Below are positions 18,047 to 26,408 of a stretch of 49,311 nucleotides of DNA, one piece after another (the stretch's first letter is position 1; every line of letters starts with the position of its first letter). Under the pieces are notes generated by a model, which saw nothing but the letters and a program-made list of their open reading frames with translations, ran no database searches and had not been told where the DNA came from. Origin of the DNA: Candidatus Nanoarchaeia archaeon (lineage in GTDB: Archaea; Nanobdellota; Nanobdellia; Woesearchaeales; ARS49). The stretch lies in the NCBI GenBank assembly GCA_035292785.1, contig DATDPK010000052.1, positions 1 through 49,311 of the forward strand, in the 5' to 3' direction. The position numbers were made by a program, and so were the translations under genes.

Positions 18047-18454
18047 CTATTGTTCGTCAGATGACTCTTCTTCAGTTGATTCCTCACCAAAAGTCTCGGA
18101 GTCAGAAGCAGATTCTTCGGCCGGAGCTTCTTCAGCAGGCGCTTCTTCAGCGGGAGCTTCTTCAGCAGATTCTTCAGAAGATTCCTCTGCAGGCGCTGCA
18201 CCAGCTTCGCCCTTACCGACAACTTCTGCAAAGCCAACCTTGCGCAAAACTTTCGTAACACGAATGCGCACTTGCTGACCTTCCTTGACGCCCGGAATAA
18301 ACAGCACGAAGCCGTTCTTCTTGGCAATACCGTCGCCCTTTTCGCCGACAGCCTCAATGGTCACGTCCAATTCTTCGCCAACTTTAACAGGGGCAGTTGA
18401 CATGCCTCCTTCGCCGCCACGAGAGCGGCCACCAGATCTATTTCCTCCGTACAT
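18047..18454 (-). CDS. TRAM-domain RNA-binding protein with an RGG-like N-terminus and an acidic repeat tail
   Basis: 135 aa. TRAM core (VGEELDVTIEAVGEKGDGIAKKNGFVLFIPGVKEGQQVRIRVTKV). N-terminal GGNRSGGRSRGGEGG. C-terminal (EEAPA)n. Confidence 0.8.
   Translation of the reverse strand: MYGGNRSGGRSRGGEGGMSTAPVKVGEELDVTIEAVGEKGDGIAKKNGFVLFIPGVKEGQQVRIRVTKVLRKVGFAEVVGKGEAGAAPAEESSEESAEEAPAEEAPAEEAPAEESASDSETFGEESTEEESSDEQ
18123..18167. repeat. three tandem 15-nt units (ggagcttcttcagca / ggcgcttcttcagcg / ggagcttcttcagca) inside the TRAM gene
   Basis: Direct reading of the sequence. Encodes the AEEAP repeat of the acidic tail, with degenerate copies flanking. Confidence 0.8.
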
Positions 18455-18545
18455 ACTCTAATTCACCTACCATATTTTATATTGCATGCAGAACTAACCA
18501 CATACAAGACATTTCTTGGACGGACAGTATATAAACTTTTTGCCA

Positions 18546-19613
18546 TTAAGCGTCTTTAACGCCTTCCTCGGTAACCTGGAAGATAGCCTCTGCTTCAGGC
18601 ATACTAGGCGAGTCAACCATCTTTGCAACACGCGTGCCCTTCTTGCCTCTGCGCAAATATAGTCTGTAAGTGCTGTTGTGAGCAACGATATGACCGCCGA
18701 TTGCTTCAGTCGGGTCTCCAAAGAACTGGTCGGGCTTTGCCATCACTTGATTTGTCACGTAAACAGCAATGTTATGCTTGTCAGCAACCTTCATCAAAGC
18801 ATGCATGTGCTTGTTAATTCTTTGCTGACGGTCAGCAAGAGTGCCACGGCCAATGAATTCAGCCCTGAAATGAGCAGTCAAACTGTCAACAACGAGTAAT
18901 TTCACATTAACACCCTTGTTGACAATAAGGTCGTCAATCTTTTCTGCAAGCAACATTTGATGGTCGGAGTTAAAAGCACGAGCCACTTTAACTCCTTTAA
19001 GAGCTTCCTGAGGGTCCATGCCAAGCCCTGCAGCGATTTGCTTTATTCTTTCAGGCCTGAAAGTTCCTTCTGTATCAATGTAGACTGCAACGCCACCAGC
19101 ACCACCTTTCTCTGGAGGCAATTGCACTCTAACAGAAAGAGTGTGAGCGATTTGCGATTTTCCAGAGCCATACTGGCCGTAAGCTTCTGTGATTGCGCCG
19201 GTTTCAAAACCACCGCCCATTAGCTTGTCTAGTTCTGTGCTTCCTGATGTTATCTTGACCATTTTTTCCCTTTTTTTCATCAATTCTTCTCCTGAAGTAA
19301 ATTCCATTTCAAGATTAGCGCGAGCAATAGCAATGATTTTCTTCGCAGTAGCTTCAGAAAGTTCTGTTGCGCCGACAATTTCGCCAGGAGTAGCAACAGC
19401 AATACTCATCAAATCGTGAAAGCCGGCCGAGGCAAGCTTTTCAATAGAAGCAGGACCAACGCCAGGCAAGTCTTCAACGCTCGTTACTTTCTTCTTGGGC
19501 TTTTCCTCATCTGTCTCGTCCATCTTTCTGCTTACCTCCATAACACCAGCAGATGTTTCTGCTCTTAATACTTGCTCTTCTTCATTGAATTCAATATTTT
19601 TTTTGTTTGCCAT
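18546..19613 (-). CDS. radA: DNA repair and recombination protein RadA
   Basis: 355 aa. HhH region (LPGVGPASIEKLASAGF), Walker A GQYGSGKSQ, Walker B LLVVDSLT. A ~45-aa charged N-terminal extension. GGTGA site upstream of the ATG. Confidence 0.95.
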   Translation of the reverse strand: MANKKNIEFNEEEQVLRAETSAGVMEVSRKMDETDEEKPKKKVTSVEDLPGVGPASIEKLASAGFHDLMSIAVATPGEIVGATELSEATAKKIIAIARANLEMEFTSGEELMKKREKMVKITSGSTELDKLMGGGFETGAITEAYGQYGSGKSQIAHTLSVRVQLPPEKGGAGGVAVYIDTEGTFRPERIKQIAAGLGMDPQEALKGVKVARAFNSDHQMLLAEKIDDLIVNKGVNVKLLVVDSLTAHFRAEFIGRGTLADRQQRINKHMHALMKVADKHNIAVYVTNQVMAKPDQFFGDPTEAIGGHIVAHNSTYRLYLRRGKKGTRVAKMVDSPSMPEAEAIFQVTEEGVKDA

Positions 19614-19658
19614 TTTTAATCACCTTTTTTTGTTTTTTTGAATATTATTTTGAGTTTG

Positions 19659-19689
19659 AAAAAAATAAAAATCAGCAGCAAGGCTGCTG
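19659..19689 (-). terminator. hairpin plus oligo-T terminator-like element downstream of the 88-aa gene
   Basis: Perfect 7-bp stem cagcagc/gctgctg (19673-19679 / 19683-19689) with a 3-nt loop. On the minus strand it is followed by ATTTTTATTTTTTT. Confidence 0.4.
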
Positions 19690-19739
19690 CTGGGGTTGTG
19701 GCGGTTCTGCCTTCTTTTTACTCACTCGGTCACCTCCTT

Positions 19740-20006
19740 TTATTCTGCTTTGATTGGTTCTTCGCCGTTAAGCACCAAATACTTGTACGCTTCTTCTATC
19801 ACGAGAGCTGCCTTAGGCAGGTCGTTCAAGCGCAAAGAATTCGTGCTCTGCCACTGACCTGTTTTATCTGTGTACCTGCGCTGCAAGTTGACAGTCCTGG
19901 CCTCAAAGACCTTACCATCTTTTCCTGCACGCACGTTCTTCCACACAGTTGCACTGATTGCCCCTGTGCTAAACTTTTTTTCCGGCTGGTTTTTTTCTTG
20001 TTCCAT
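19740..20006 (-). CDS. small basic protein, possible PC4/YdbC-like ssDNA-binding fold
   Basis: 88 aa. Beta-rich core followed by a C-terminal helix (NSLRLNDLPKAALVIEEAYKYL), reminiscent of PC4-family proteins. Functional call is by pattern only. Confidence 0.4.
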   Translation of the reverse strand: MEQEKNQPEKKFSTGAISATVWKNVRAGKDGKVFEARTVNLQRRYTDKTGQWQSTNSLRLNDLPKAALVIEEAYKYLVLNGEEPIKAE

Positions 20007-20133
20007 TTTCGATACCTCTTGCTTTCGCGTTTTATTTCAACCCATTTCTGGGTGAGGTGCTCGCACTATTACATTGATGCGGAAGGGGTTTAAATAGCTC
20101 AAGAAGGAGGTTGTCCAGTGTCCAGTGGGTTGA

Positions 20134-20745
20134 TTAAGAAGAATTTGCAGTCGAATATGCTGGCGCCGGCCTTGGAGTTAGGCTTTTAATCATCGCTTTC
20201 AGACGTGCTAATATTGGTTTCCTTGGAGGCGGAACCCCAATATCGGACTTGGTCATATACTCTGCAGTTAGCCATGCAAGCGTGCCTATTCCAAGAGTCA
20301 AACTATCTGTTGCGTTGAAATAATACTGACCATGCCCGCCTATCGCGCCAGCAGCCAAATTTGCAATTCCGTTTACCACGCTTGCCAAACCTACGTGAAA
20401 AATGGCTAAGCTAAAAAATTTCGGTGTTTTGCTTGGCAGACCTGACGCTTCTGCAGACATTTGTTCCTCCAAAGCACTGCTACGTCTTGAAGTATATAAA
20501 TGAGCAATCGACTTAAGTCCTGCCATGGCAGCTAAAACTACCGCTCCACTGTGCCCAGTTTGCACAGCATTTGTTCCAAAAAGAGCAAAGCTTCCAGAGT
20601 ACAGCATTTCTTCTAAAACGCGTTTATTGTAACCAGTGTTATCTTGCCACTTTTTAGCGAGTTTTTTACTTAGCTCAAATAAAGCATTGTCCATTCTATC
20701 GATAGCGCTTCCATCATTTGGGTTAAATCTGTCGTCTAATGACAT
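20134..20745 (-). CDS. hypothetical Gly/Ala-rich membrane protein
   Basis: 203 aa. About 3 glycine-rich hydrophobic segments and a proline-rich C-terminus. No recognisable family. Confidence 0.45.
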   Translation of the reverse strand: MSLDDRFNPNDGSAIDRMDNALFELSKKLAKKWQDNTGYNKRVLEEMLYSGSFALFGTNAVQTGHSGAVVLAAMAGLKSIAHLYTSRRSSALEEQMSAEASGLPSKTPKFFSLAIFHVGLASVVNGIANLAAGAIGGHGQYYFNATDSLTLGIGTLAWLTAEYMTKSDIGVPPPRKPILARLKAMIKSLTPRPAPAYSTANSS

Positions 20746-20785
20746 GCATCTGGAAAATTGGCCGTCATTAATAAATTTTTAGCTT

Positions 20786-21247
20786 TCAGAACACGTGCTT
20801 AAGCACAAGAAGAACATCCAATACAAGAATGCCGCCCAAAGTTATCAATTCCATGGCGCCATTAGTTTCTATAAAACCCTGAATCCTGAAATTACTGATT
20901 GGGTGAAGCAAGTTGCAGCCCATTTTTGTAATGCAATCAGAAGCCAGATGAGAAATGTAGCCAACAGCAAGAGGAATGCCTATTATGTCTAACCTGAAAT
21001 AGTGAAATGCGAAGTACAAGATAACTGCGGGGAAAATGCTGTGAAAAAAGCCACGGTGCCTGAAGAACTTTGGAACCCAGCGGGTAATTGGAAGCATACG
21101 GTTAATCTTTGAGTTCTCGTGGTCAACATCCGGCAACAAGCTTCCGAAAACAACAAGAGGAATGAAAATAAACCATTTAATGCCGAAAAAAGGCAATAGA
21201 ATAACAGCTGCAAGAAAGCCAAACGCCATATGAGTTCTGCCCATCAT
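20786..21247 (-). CDS. membrane-bound metal-dependent hydrolase (YdjM/DUF457-like)
   Basis: 153 aa from the ATG at 21245-21247 (MMGRTHMAFGF...LPDVDH...HRGFFHS...HLASD). The longer ORF-track N-terminus would overlap the RPA gene. Confidence 0.7.
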   Translation of the reverse strand: MMGRTHMAFGFLAAVILLPFFGIKWFIFIPLVVFGSLLPDVDHENSKINRMLPITRWVPKFFRHRGFFHSIFPAVILYFAFHYFRLDIIGIPLAVGYISHLASDCITKMGCNLLHPISNFRIQGFIETNGAMELITLGGILVLDVLLVLKHVF

Positions 21248-21248
21248 T

Positions 21249-22220
21249 TTACGACTGCAGCCTTGTAATTTCTTCTTCAGCCTGGGCCTTGTGAACCTGG
21301 TTTGCAATAAATTCCAAACGGTCAAAGAAAGTGTTCTTCTTTGCCCTGCCGATGAATCTAAATTGTTCACCAAGCAACTCTGTCTTCAAAGGCTCAAAAG
21401 TATCAGGAGCAGCACGATAAGCAAGCATTTGCTCTTTAGTCTTGTTCAACAAACGCTCTGCCTGATTGCGGAACAAAACAATACGGATGTTTTCAGTGCC
21501 GTCATCCAAGAAGACGTTCACCAAATAAGAATAATCAGGAACCATAACACCGTGCTGGTCACAACCCCACTGGCCCTCAAGCTCTTTTAATCTTGTACCG
21601 CACTGAGAGCAGACTTCAAAGAATTTCGGATCAAACACCTGAACAACAGTGCCCATAATTTCTATCTGCTCATCGCTCTCCTGCAATTCCTTCAAGGTTT
21701 TTCTTTGGGCCTTGGAACGCGCCTCAGGCACAACCTCATCAGGATTCACAACAACCTTGCTGGACTCATTCAAATGAACTTCCTTATAGCCGCGCTGGTT
21801 TTCCCTGACCATGCCGGCAATAATTTTGACAGGCGTGTTTTGCGCCAATTGCTTCAATATATCAGCGTGATTGCCCCAGCAGACGATTTTTACAATGCCA
21901 GTATCATCGCCAACCAAAAAAGAACCAACCTTGCCGGCAGAACCATCAGCGCGCTTGAATTCCCTAACTTCATAAATCTGCGTTACCCTGCCAAGAACAT
22001 CAGCATTACGCATACCAGGGAATAAATCCTTTATTTTGCCGGAAGGCACCAAAATCTTAACACCCAACTCATTGGCAACAATATGAGCAGCACCTTCCTT
22101 TGAGATTAAACCGGAAAGAGCAGAACGCTTAGCCTCAATCTTAGCCATCAAATCAGACTCTGAAAGCCCAGTCTTCTCTATAATGCGAGCAATCATTTCA
22201 GGAAAAGGAATCCTAATCAT
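21249..22220 (-). CDS. replication protein A (archaeal RPA; OB folds plus zinc finger)
   Basis: 323 aa. RPA N-terminal helical domain, two OB-fold regions, C-x2-C-x12-C-x2-H finger (CSQCGTRLKELEGQWGCDQHG). Confidence 0.85.
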   Translation of the reverse strand: MIRIPFPEMIARIIEKTGLSESDLMAKIEAKRSALSGLISKEGAAHIVANELGVKILVPSGKIKDLFPGMRNADVLGRVTQIYEVREFKRADGSAGKVGSFLVGDDTGIVKIVCWGNHADILKQLAQNTPVKIIAGMVRENQRGYKEVHLNESSKVVVNPDEVVPEARSKAQRKTLKELQESDEQIEIMGTVVQVFDPKFFEVCSQCGTRLKELEGQWGCDQHGVMVPDYSYLVNVFLDDGTENIRIVLFRNQAERLLNKTKEQMLAYRAAPDTFEPLKTELLGEQFRFIGRAKKNTFFDRLEFIANQVHKAQAEEEITRLQS

Positions 22221-22250
22221 TATTCACCCCAAAACAGCAGAACACTTCTA

Positions 22251-22260
22251 TTTTATAAAG
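22251..22260 (-). promoter_or_regulatory. TATA-like box upstream of the RPA gene
   Basis: The plus strand reads ttttataaag, about 35 nt upstream of the ATG at 22220. A GGGGTGA site lies between them. Confidence 0.3.
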
Positions 22261-22262
22261 AT

Positions 22263-23066
22263 TTAGGTAGTCGGCAATGATGATCTCGGAAGCACAAGCA
22301 AATAACAAGAAGAAACAGCACCGCGCGGAATTTGGAAACGCAACATATTGTCAGTCTTTTCAATAGTCCAGCCAGGCAATTTCCTGCCTTCAGCACAAAC
22401 CTTTGGGTCAGAAGAATAAACACAATCCTGAGCAATCTCAGCAATACGATCGAATGCTATTGGATAATCCTCAAACTTGTGATTATAATTGAGCTTGAAG
22501 CTTGAATGATACGAAATTGTGCCGACATCCTCCTTCTTGAAGTTTTTCAACGGCAAGATTGACGGCCTTAATGCAACACCAGAAACTTCGCCTTTTTCCA
22601 CGTATAATTCATAATTGGATTTTGGAAAGTTAAGCTTTGATGCAGTATTATAAGATTCAATGTACTTATCAAAATGAGAATTAAATGAAGTTGTGATACC
22701 TTTTGCCAAAGCAGGCCTCTTAATTTCTCTCGGACGCTCTTCAGAGTTTAATGTAGGACAGAAGCCGGCATTTGATGTGCCCTCGCCAGTAAATCCCTGA
22801 TAATACGGATACAAAGCGACATCATTGACTGTTTTGTCCATTGCCAAAGTTGCAGCACTCTTTACAAAAATATCAACAAGCTTAGTCCGGGAATTAACCA
22901 TTAATACAGGGGCTTGAGCACTTCCCAAACCAGCACACGCTGGAGCTTGAGATCCCTCAGCACATACTTGAGTAGTCTTGGACTGAGCAAGAAAGAGAGC
23001 TACGATAAGTATGCCGAATACGAAAAGCAAGATGATTGCATAGTCCAAGCCTTTCTTGCCTCGCAT
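22263..23066 (-). CDS. prepilin-like (class III signal peptide) secreted protein, 267 aa; last gene of operon A
   Basis: The ATG at 23064-23066 overlaps the upstream stop as TGATG. N-terminus MRGKKG|LDYAIILLFVFGILIVALFLA. Cys-containing extracellular domain. Confidence 0.55.
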   Translation of the reverse strand: MRGKKGLDYAIILLFVFGILIVALFLAQSKTTQVCAEGSQAPACAGLGSAQAPVLMVNSRTKLVDIFVKSAATLAMDKTVNDVALYPYYQGFTGEGTSNAGFCPTLNSEERPREIKRPALAKGITTSFNSHFDKYIESYNTASKLNFPKSNYELYVEKGEVSGVALRPSILPLKNFKKEDVGTISYHSSFKLNYNHKFEDYPIAFDRIAEIAQDCVYSSDPKVCAEGRKLPGWTIEKTDNMLRFQIPRGAVSSCYLLVLPRSSLPTT

Positions 23067-23530
23067 CAATCCACACCCTCCACTTCAAGATATTTGCCGA
23101 TGTATAATTCAACAGGCAATACTTTGTAATCAGGAGAAGCTACAAAAGCCTTCATTTGATGATCCACAACACTTGCACCAAAAGGCTCTTTTTCAGAAAT
23201 TTGAACCTTGCAGACAATACTGCCAGGATTCACTTCGCAAGGCTCGTAAGTAAACACAATATAATTTTTGTTAAGCGCCTGAACAAGCCAGTTGTCTATA
23301 TCATCTTTTGATGCGCCTGAAAGATAAGGCCTGCGCTCTTCAATAAAATCAGCAAAAAACCTTTCAAGCTCAACTGCCTGCAAGCTGCCTTCAATAACTT
23401 TTGTTTCAGAGCCAGACGTCTTAAAACTAAGCAACATATTTACACCAACAATTCCAACAACAAGAACAAAACTAACAAAAATCAAACTAATCGCGCGGGC
23501 ATCAACCCCCTTCTTATGAAAACTTCTCAT
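23066..23530 (-). CDS. prepilin-like membrane-anchored protein, 154 aa
   Basis: ATG at 23528-23530 preceded by GAGGAG. N-terminus MRSFHKKG|VDARAISLIFVSFVLVVGIVGV. Confidence 0.5.
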   Translation of the reverse strand: MRSFHKKGVDARAISLIFVSFVLVVGIVGVNMLLSFKTSGSETKVIEGSLQAVELERFFADFIEERRPYLSGASKDDIDNWLVQALNKNYIVFTYEPCEVNPGSIVCKVQISEKEPFGASVVDHQMKAFVASPDYKVLPVELYIGKYLEVEGVD

Positions 23531-23972
23531 ATCTCCTCGGATAAACCTGGTCAACAGCCACAACAACAGGACCGGATTGTGTTACAAACGTTCTATTTGA
23601 CATAAATCTAAGATATTTAACAGGAGCCAAAGGCCAGGCAATATCATAAAATTCCTGATTGCCATAAATGATTTTGCTTCTGACAGTAATCTTGTAAGCA
23701 AATCTTTTCTGAGACAAAGAAAACTGTAAAGAGCGCTCTAAATTATCAGTCAATTGCTCTGTAGAGCCTGTGACAGGAGAATATTTTGCCAAATGCTGGA
23801 AAACACGCTCTTCAAAAATAGCAGCATCCAATTCAACAGGATTAACAGAGGCCTCAACCTTGCTGGCAGGGTAGACAATAACGCCAAACACGACAACGAT
23901 AGTCAAAATACTCCAAGGAATCCAATACAAACCTTCAGCAGGAGCAGCGACGCCACGCTTAAACCACGCCAT
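23514..23972 (-). CDS. prepilin-like membrane-anchored protein, 152 aa
   Basis: ATG at 23970-23972 preceded by GAGGGGG. N-terminus MAWFKRG|VAAPAEGLYWIPWSILTIVVVFGVIV; the hydrophobic segment starts later than in canonical pilins. Confidence 0.45.
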   Translation of the reverse strand: MAWFKRGVAAPAEGLYWIPWSILTIVVVFGVIVYPASKVEASVNPVELDAAIFEERVFQHLAKYSPVTGSTEQLTDNLERSLQFSLSQKRFAYKITVRSKIIYGNQEFYDIAWPLAPVKYLRFMSNRTFVTQSGPVVVAVDQVYPRRYEKFS

Positions 23973-24783
23973 AAGCAGTAACCCCCTCGCGAATGCCGCG
24001 CCAAAGCTGGGCTTTTGCAGCAGTATTATCTGATATTCTTGCCTCGATGAATAAAGAAGGAACATTTGAATCAAGAATCAAAAGAACGTCATCAGGCGCG
24101 AGAAGCTTTGTGTTCACAGGAATAATTGAAACAGGAACATTAAACTTATCAGCCAAAGACTGGGAAATCAAACAAGCAAGCTGTTCGCTCTCCTTCATTG
24201 AGTTGATATATAATTTAACCATAGGAAGGCCGGCAGGAAAAACCATAGCAGTTACAGAAGCATCGCCTGTGACAACAGATACTGGATTTCTTTCAATTAC
24301 TATGTTATGAACTTCTGCTTTCAACTTTGGAAGAGATATCTGCTCACAATATTTCGCATTGAAATTAAGCTTTATGTTTTTTACCTTATCAAGGCCGATG
24401 ACATTGCCTGATTTATAATAAATTAAAGCATTATCAACAGAGGGGAGGAAAGCAATGTGGTTAAGATCGTATAATGGGTCTTCTTCAAAATAGAAACTCC
24501 TGCCTTCGTCATTCTGAGAGAATATCGTGACCTTATTTTTAGAAACATTAATGCCGAACTCAGGAGGCAAATAAGAATTAACCGCAACATTCACGTCCTT
24601 GCGAACAGCAAACAAAGACGGAATTAACAAACCGTTATTTGCAGAATAATATTTCTCCTTGTAAACAAGAGAAGAACCAATTTTGTTAATAGCAGCATAA
24701 CCGCTCAACAGCACCATAACTGCAACAACAACCATAAACAACGGATGAAGTACAAATTCCAAAACAGTTCCGCGCTTGTTCAT
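23959..24783 (-). CDS. prepilin-like secreted protein, 274 aa
   Basis: ATGA overlap at 24780-24783. N-terminus MNKRG|TVLEFVLHPLFMVVVAVMVLL. Confidence 0.55.
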   Translation of the reverse strand: MNKRGTVLEFVLHPLFMVVVAVMVLLSGYAAINKIGSSLVYKEKYYSANNGLLIPSLFAVRKDVNVAVNSYLPPEFGINVSKNKVTIFSQNDEGRSFYFEEDPLYDLNHIAFLPSVDNALIYYKSGNVIGLDKVKNIKLNFNAKYCEQISLPKLKAEVHNIVIERNPVSVVTGDASVTAMVFPAGLPMVKLYINSMKESEQLACLISQSLADKFNVPVSIIPVNTKLLAPDDVLLILDSNVPSLFIEARISDNTAAKAQLWRGIREGVTAYGVV

Positions 24784-25280
24784 CCCACACTAACCACGTT
24801 ACACTCTTTGCTGATAGGAATGCTGATAGGCTGACCTTCAAAAACATGAATTCGTTTTTCTTTAAAACAAAAACCTTTGCCACATTCAACATTTGGCTGA
24901 CAAGTCTTGATATCGGGATAAAGTTTGCACGTCTCAATTGGCTTATTCTCCTTGAATTCTATTACACAAATACAACTCTCACCTTTACATTTGGCAGGAA
25001 GTAAAGGACCATCCATTGGATAAACCGCAAAAGTATATGTGGCTTTTGCAGACATTGGAGAAGAAATCTCAAGCCTTTGAGCAGTAGGAGCATCTAATAC
25101 TGTCTGCACATCATCTGTCAACCGCACAAAATCTTTCTGAGGCTCGCTCAAAGGAGGAAATATATAAGGCTTAATTATGAAAATGAAAATAATAGCGGCT
25201 GCGCCAAGCAAAAGAGACAAATGAAGAACGATTTGTATGAAATTCTCAAGACCACTTGTCTCTACATCACCCTTTTTCAT
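24780..25280 (-). CDS. prepilin-like secreted Cys-containing protein, 166 aa
   Basis: N-terminus MKKG|DVETSGLENFIQIVLHLSLLLGAAAIIFIFII. Eight Cys in the ectodomain. Confidence 0.5.
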   Translation of the reverse strand: MKKGDVETSGLENFIQIVLHLSLLLGAAAIIFIFIIKPYIFPPLSEPQKDFVRLTDDVQTVLDAPTAQRLEISSPMSAKATYTFAVYPMDGPLLPAKCKGESCICVIEFKENKPIETCKLYPDIKTCQPNVECGKGFCFKEKRIHVFEGQPISIPISKECNVVSVG

Positions 25281-25315
25281 ATAACAAACTCACTAAAAGA
25301 AGTTTATAAAGGTTG

Positions 25316-25606
25316 CTAAGCCTTAACACAGCAGTGCTTGTCAATACAGTCATCCCACTTTCCAGTTGGACTGTATTCTTCAGTAAATCCCTTACTAGTA
25401 TCACACGCATCTTTAGAACAAGCACGGCCAAGAATAATGTTGGAACACTTTGTAGCATTAATCTCTGCTTCTTTACCGATAGCAGTGTATTTTTCAGCAC
25501 CTTTGGTAATCTGCTGGCGAAGAACCAAAACAACAATGGCAAGAACGATAAGACTGATAATAATCAATACCATAGTATTTGTTGCAAGCTCAACACCTTT
25601 TTTCAT
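25316..25606 (-). CDS. short type IV pilin-like protein (96 aa) with a C-terminal Cys cluster ending HCCVKA
   Basis: N-terminus MKKG|VELATNTMVLIIISLIVLAIVVLV. Has its own TATA-like box 26 nt upstream. Confidence 0.65.
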   Translation of the reverse strand: MKKGVELATNTMVLIIISLIVLAIVVLVLRQQITKGAEKYTAIGKEAEINATKCSNIILGRACSKDACDTSKGFTEEYSPTGKWDDCIDKHCCVKA

Positions 25607-25628
25607 AAAGCAAAGATGGCGAGGCCAG

Positions 25629-25636
25629 TATATAAA
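25629..25636 (-). promoter_or_regulatory. internal TATA-like box for the 96-aa pilin-like gene
   Basis: The plus strand reads tatataaa (minus tttatata). Centre is 26-27 nt upstream of the ATG at 25606. Confidence 0.4.
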
Positions 25637-25647
25637 TTTATTTACAG

Positions 25648-26241
25648 CTATCTTATTAACTCACCACAAATACCCGGATTGTAAGTCAAAGCTATTGTAT
25701 GAACAGCCCAGCTAAGACGCCCACATAAATAAAAAGGCCTGCCCCCTCCCTTGATAGCATCCCATTCCATGCCCGTGCTCCATTCAAAGTTTTTCGCGTA
25801 AGTTCCTCTTCCTCTTCCAGAAATATCCCGACTCAGAGGGTTTTTTGAAATAGATAAATGACTTTGAAGAACGTCTTCGTAGATAACACCTGGCGGTCCT
25901 TTTTCATAAGCAGGAGACATAACCGCCGGCAACCCTACTTTAAAACAAACCTGCTCAACCCAATTACTACTCTCGTATTTCTTCCAGCAATCAAGAATTC
26001 CTGCTTCCAACTGATTCAAAGCAGTAAACCAATTGCTTGACAAATTTATTACCTGGTATGTCGGAGCGCCTGCAACCGCTCCAGGAATTTTTGTTTCAAC
26101 AGGTTTAAAAAAACCTCCAAAATAGTTCTCATTAACATAAGCAAATATCTTTGGGCCAAAACCAACAACAACTATTCCTATGAAAAAAAGACCTAAAAGG
26201 ATTGCAATCATAATTCCAGGACTGAAGCCTTTCCTGTTCAT
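25648..26241 (-). CDS. prepilin-like secreted protein, 197 aa
   Basis: N-terminus MNRKG|FSPGIMIAILLGLFFIGIVVVGFG. Its ATG overlaps the stop of the upstream micro-ORF as ATGA. Confidence 0.55.
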   Translation of the reverse strand: MNRKGFSPGIMIAILLGLFFIGIVVVGFGPKIFAYVNENYFGGFFKPVETKIPGAVAGAPTYQVINLSSNWFTALNQLEAGILDCWKKYESSNWVEQVCFKVGLPAVMSPAYEKGPPGVIYEDVLQSHLSISKNPLSRDISGRGRGTYAKNFEWSTGMEWDAIKGGGRPFYLCGRLSWAVHTIALTYNPGICGELIR

Positions 26242-26408
26242 TTAAGCCTCATAATATTCTGAACACTGAGCTTGCCGCTCTTCACAGCAAGCCAAATCAA
26301 AAATCCAAGCACAAACAAGCCAAGAATAAGGCCTACGATGTAGGTCCAGCCAGGCAATTCCTGACCGAGCTTGGACTTAAACAAGCTCAACCTATTATTG
26401 CATCGCAT
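26238..26408 (-). CDS. unlisted micro-ORF, 56 aa, single-TM peptide
   Basis: Hand translation: MRCNNRLSLFKSKLGQELPGWTYIVGLILGLFVLGFLIWLAVKSGKLSVQNIMRLK. Fills the otherwise empty 26242-26386 gap. Its stop forms ATGA with the downstream start. Confidence 0.35.
   Translation of the reverse strand: MRCNNRLSLFKSKLGQELPGWTYIVGLILGLFVLGFLIWLAVKSGKLSVQNIMRLK

Noticed and set aside
17992-18357. 121-aa alternative-frame ORF, plus 18061..18258 on the plus strand, over the TRAM gene.
   Set aside because: These are artefacts of the GAAGC/TTCTTC repeat region, which stays open in several frames. The TRAM frame has the recognisable domain.
19638-20093. 151-aa plus-strand ORF overlapping the 88-aa minus-strand gene.
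   Set aside because: The product is Cys/Phe/Leu-rich antisense-type sequence that spans the hairpin terminator and the intergenic spacer. The minus-strand gene has an ATG, a GAGGT site and a terminator, so the plus ORF is judged spurious.
20113-20126. Tandem duplication gtccagt-gtccagt just downstream of the 203-aa gene, and a 5-bp ACCCA/TGGGT stem at 20039-20052.
   Set aside because: Only two copies of 7 nt and a very short stem; either could arise by chance. No supporting context.
23959-24783. The C-terminal ~90 aa of the 274-aa pilin-like protein (LYINSMKESEQLACLISQSLADKF...LLILDSNVPSLFIEARISDN...WRGIREGVTAYG) resemble the C-terminal half of MurNAc-L-alanine amidase (Amidase_3) domains.
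   Set aside because: The zinc-ligand motifs (DPGHGG-type His, SIH-type His, Glu) are absent. The region between the putative first and last strands is far too short. Without a profile or structure search this stays an impression, not a call. It is worth an HHpred check.
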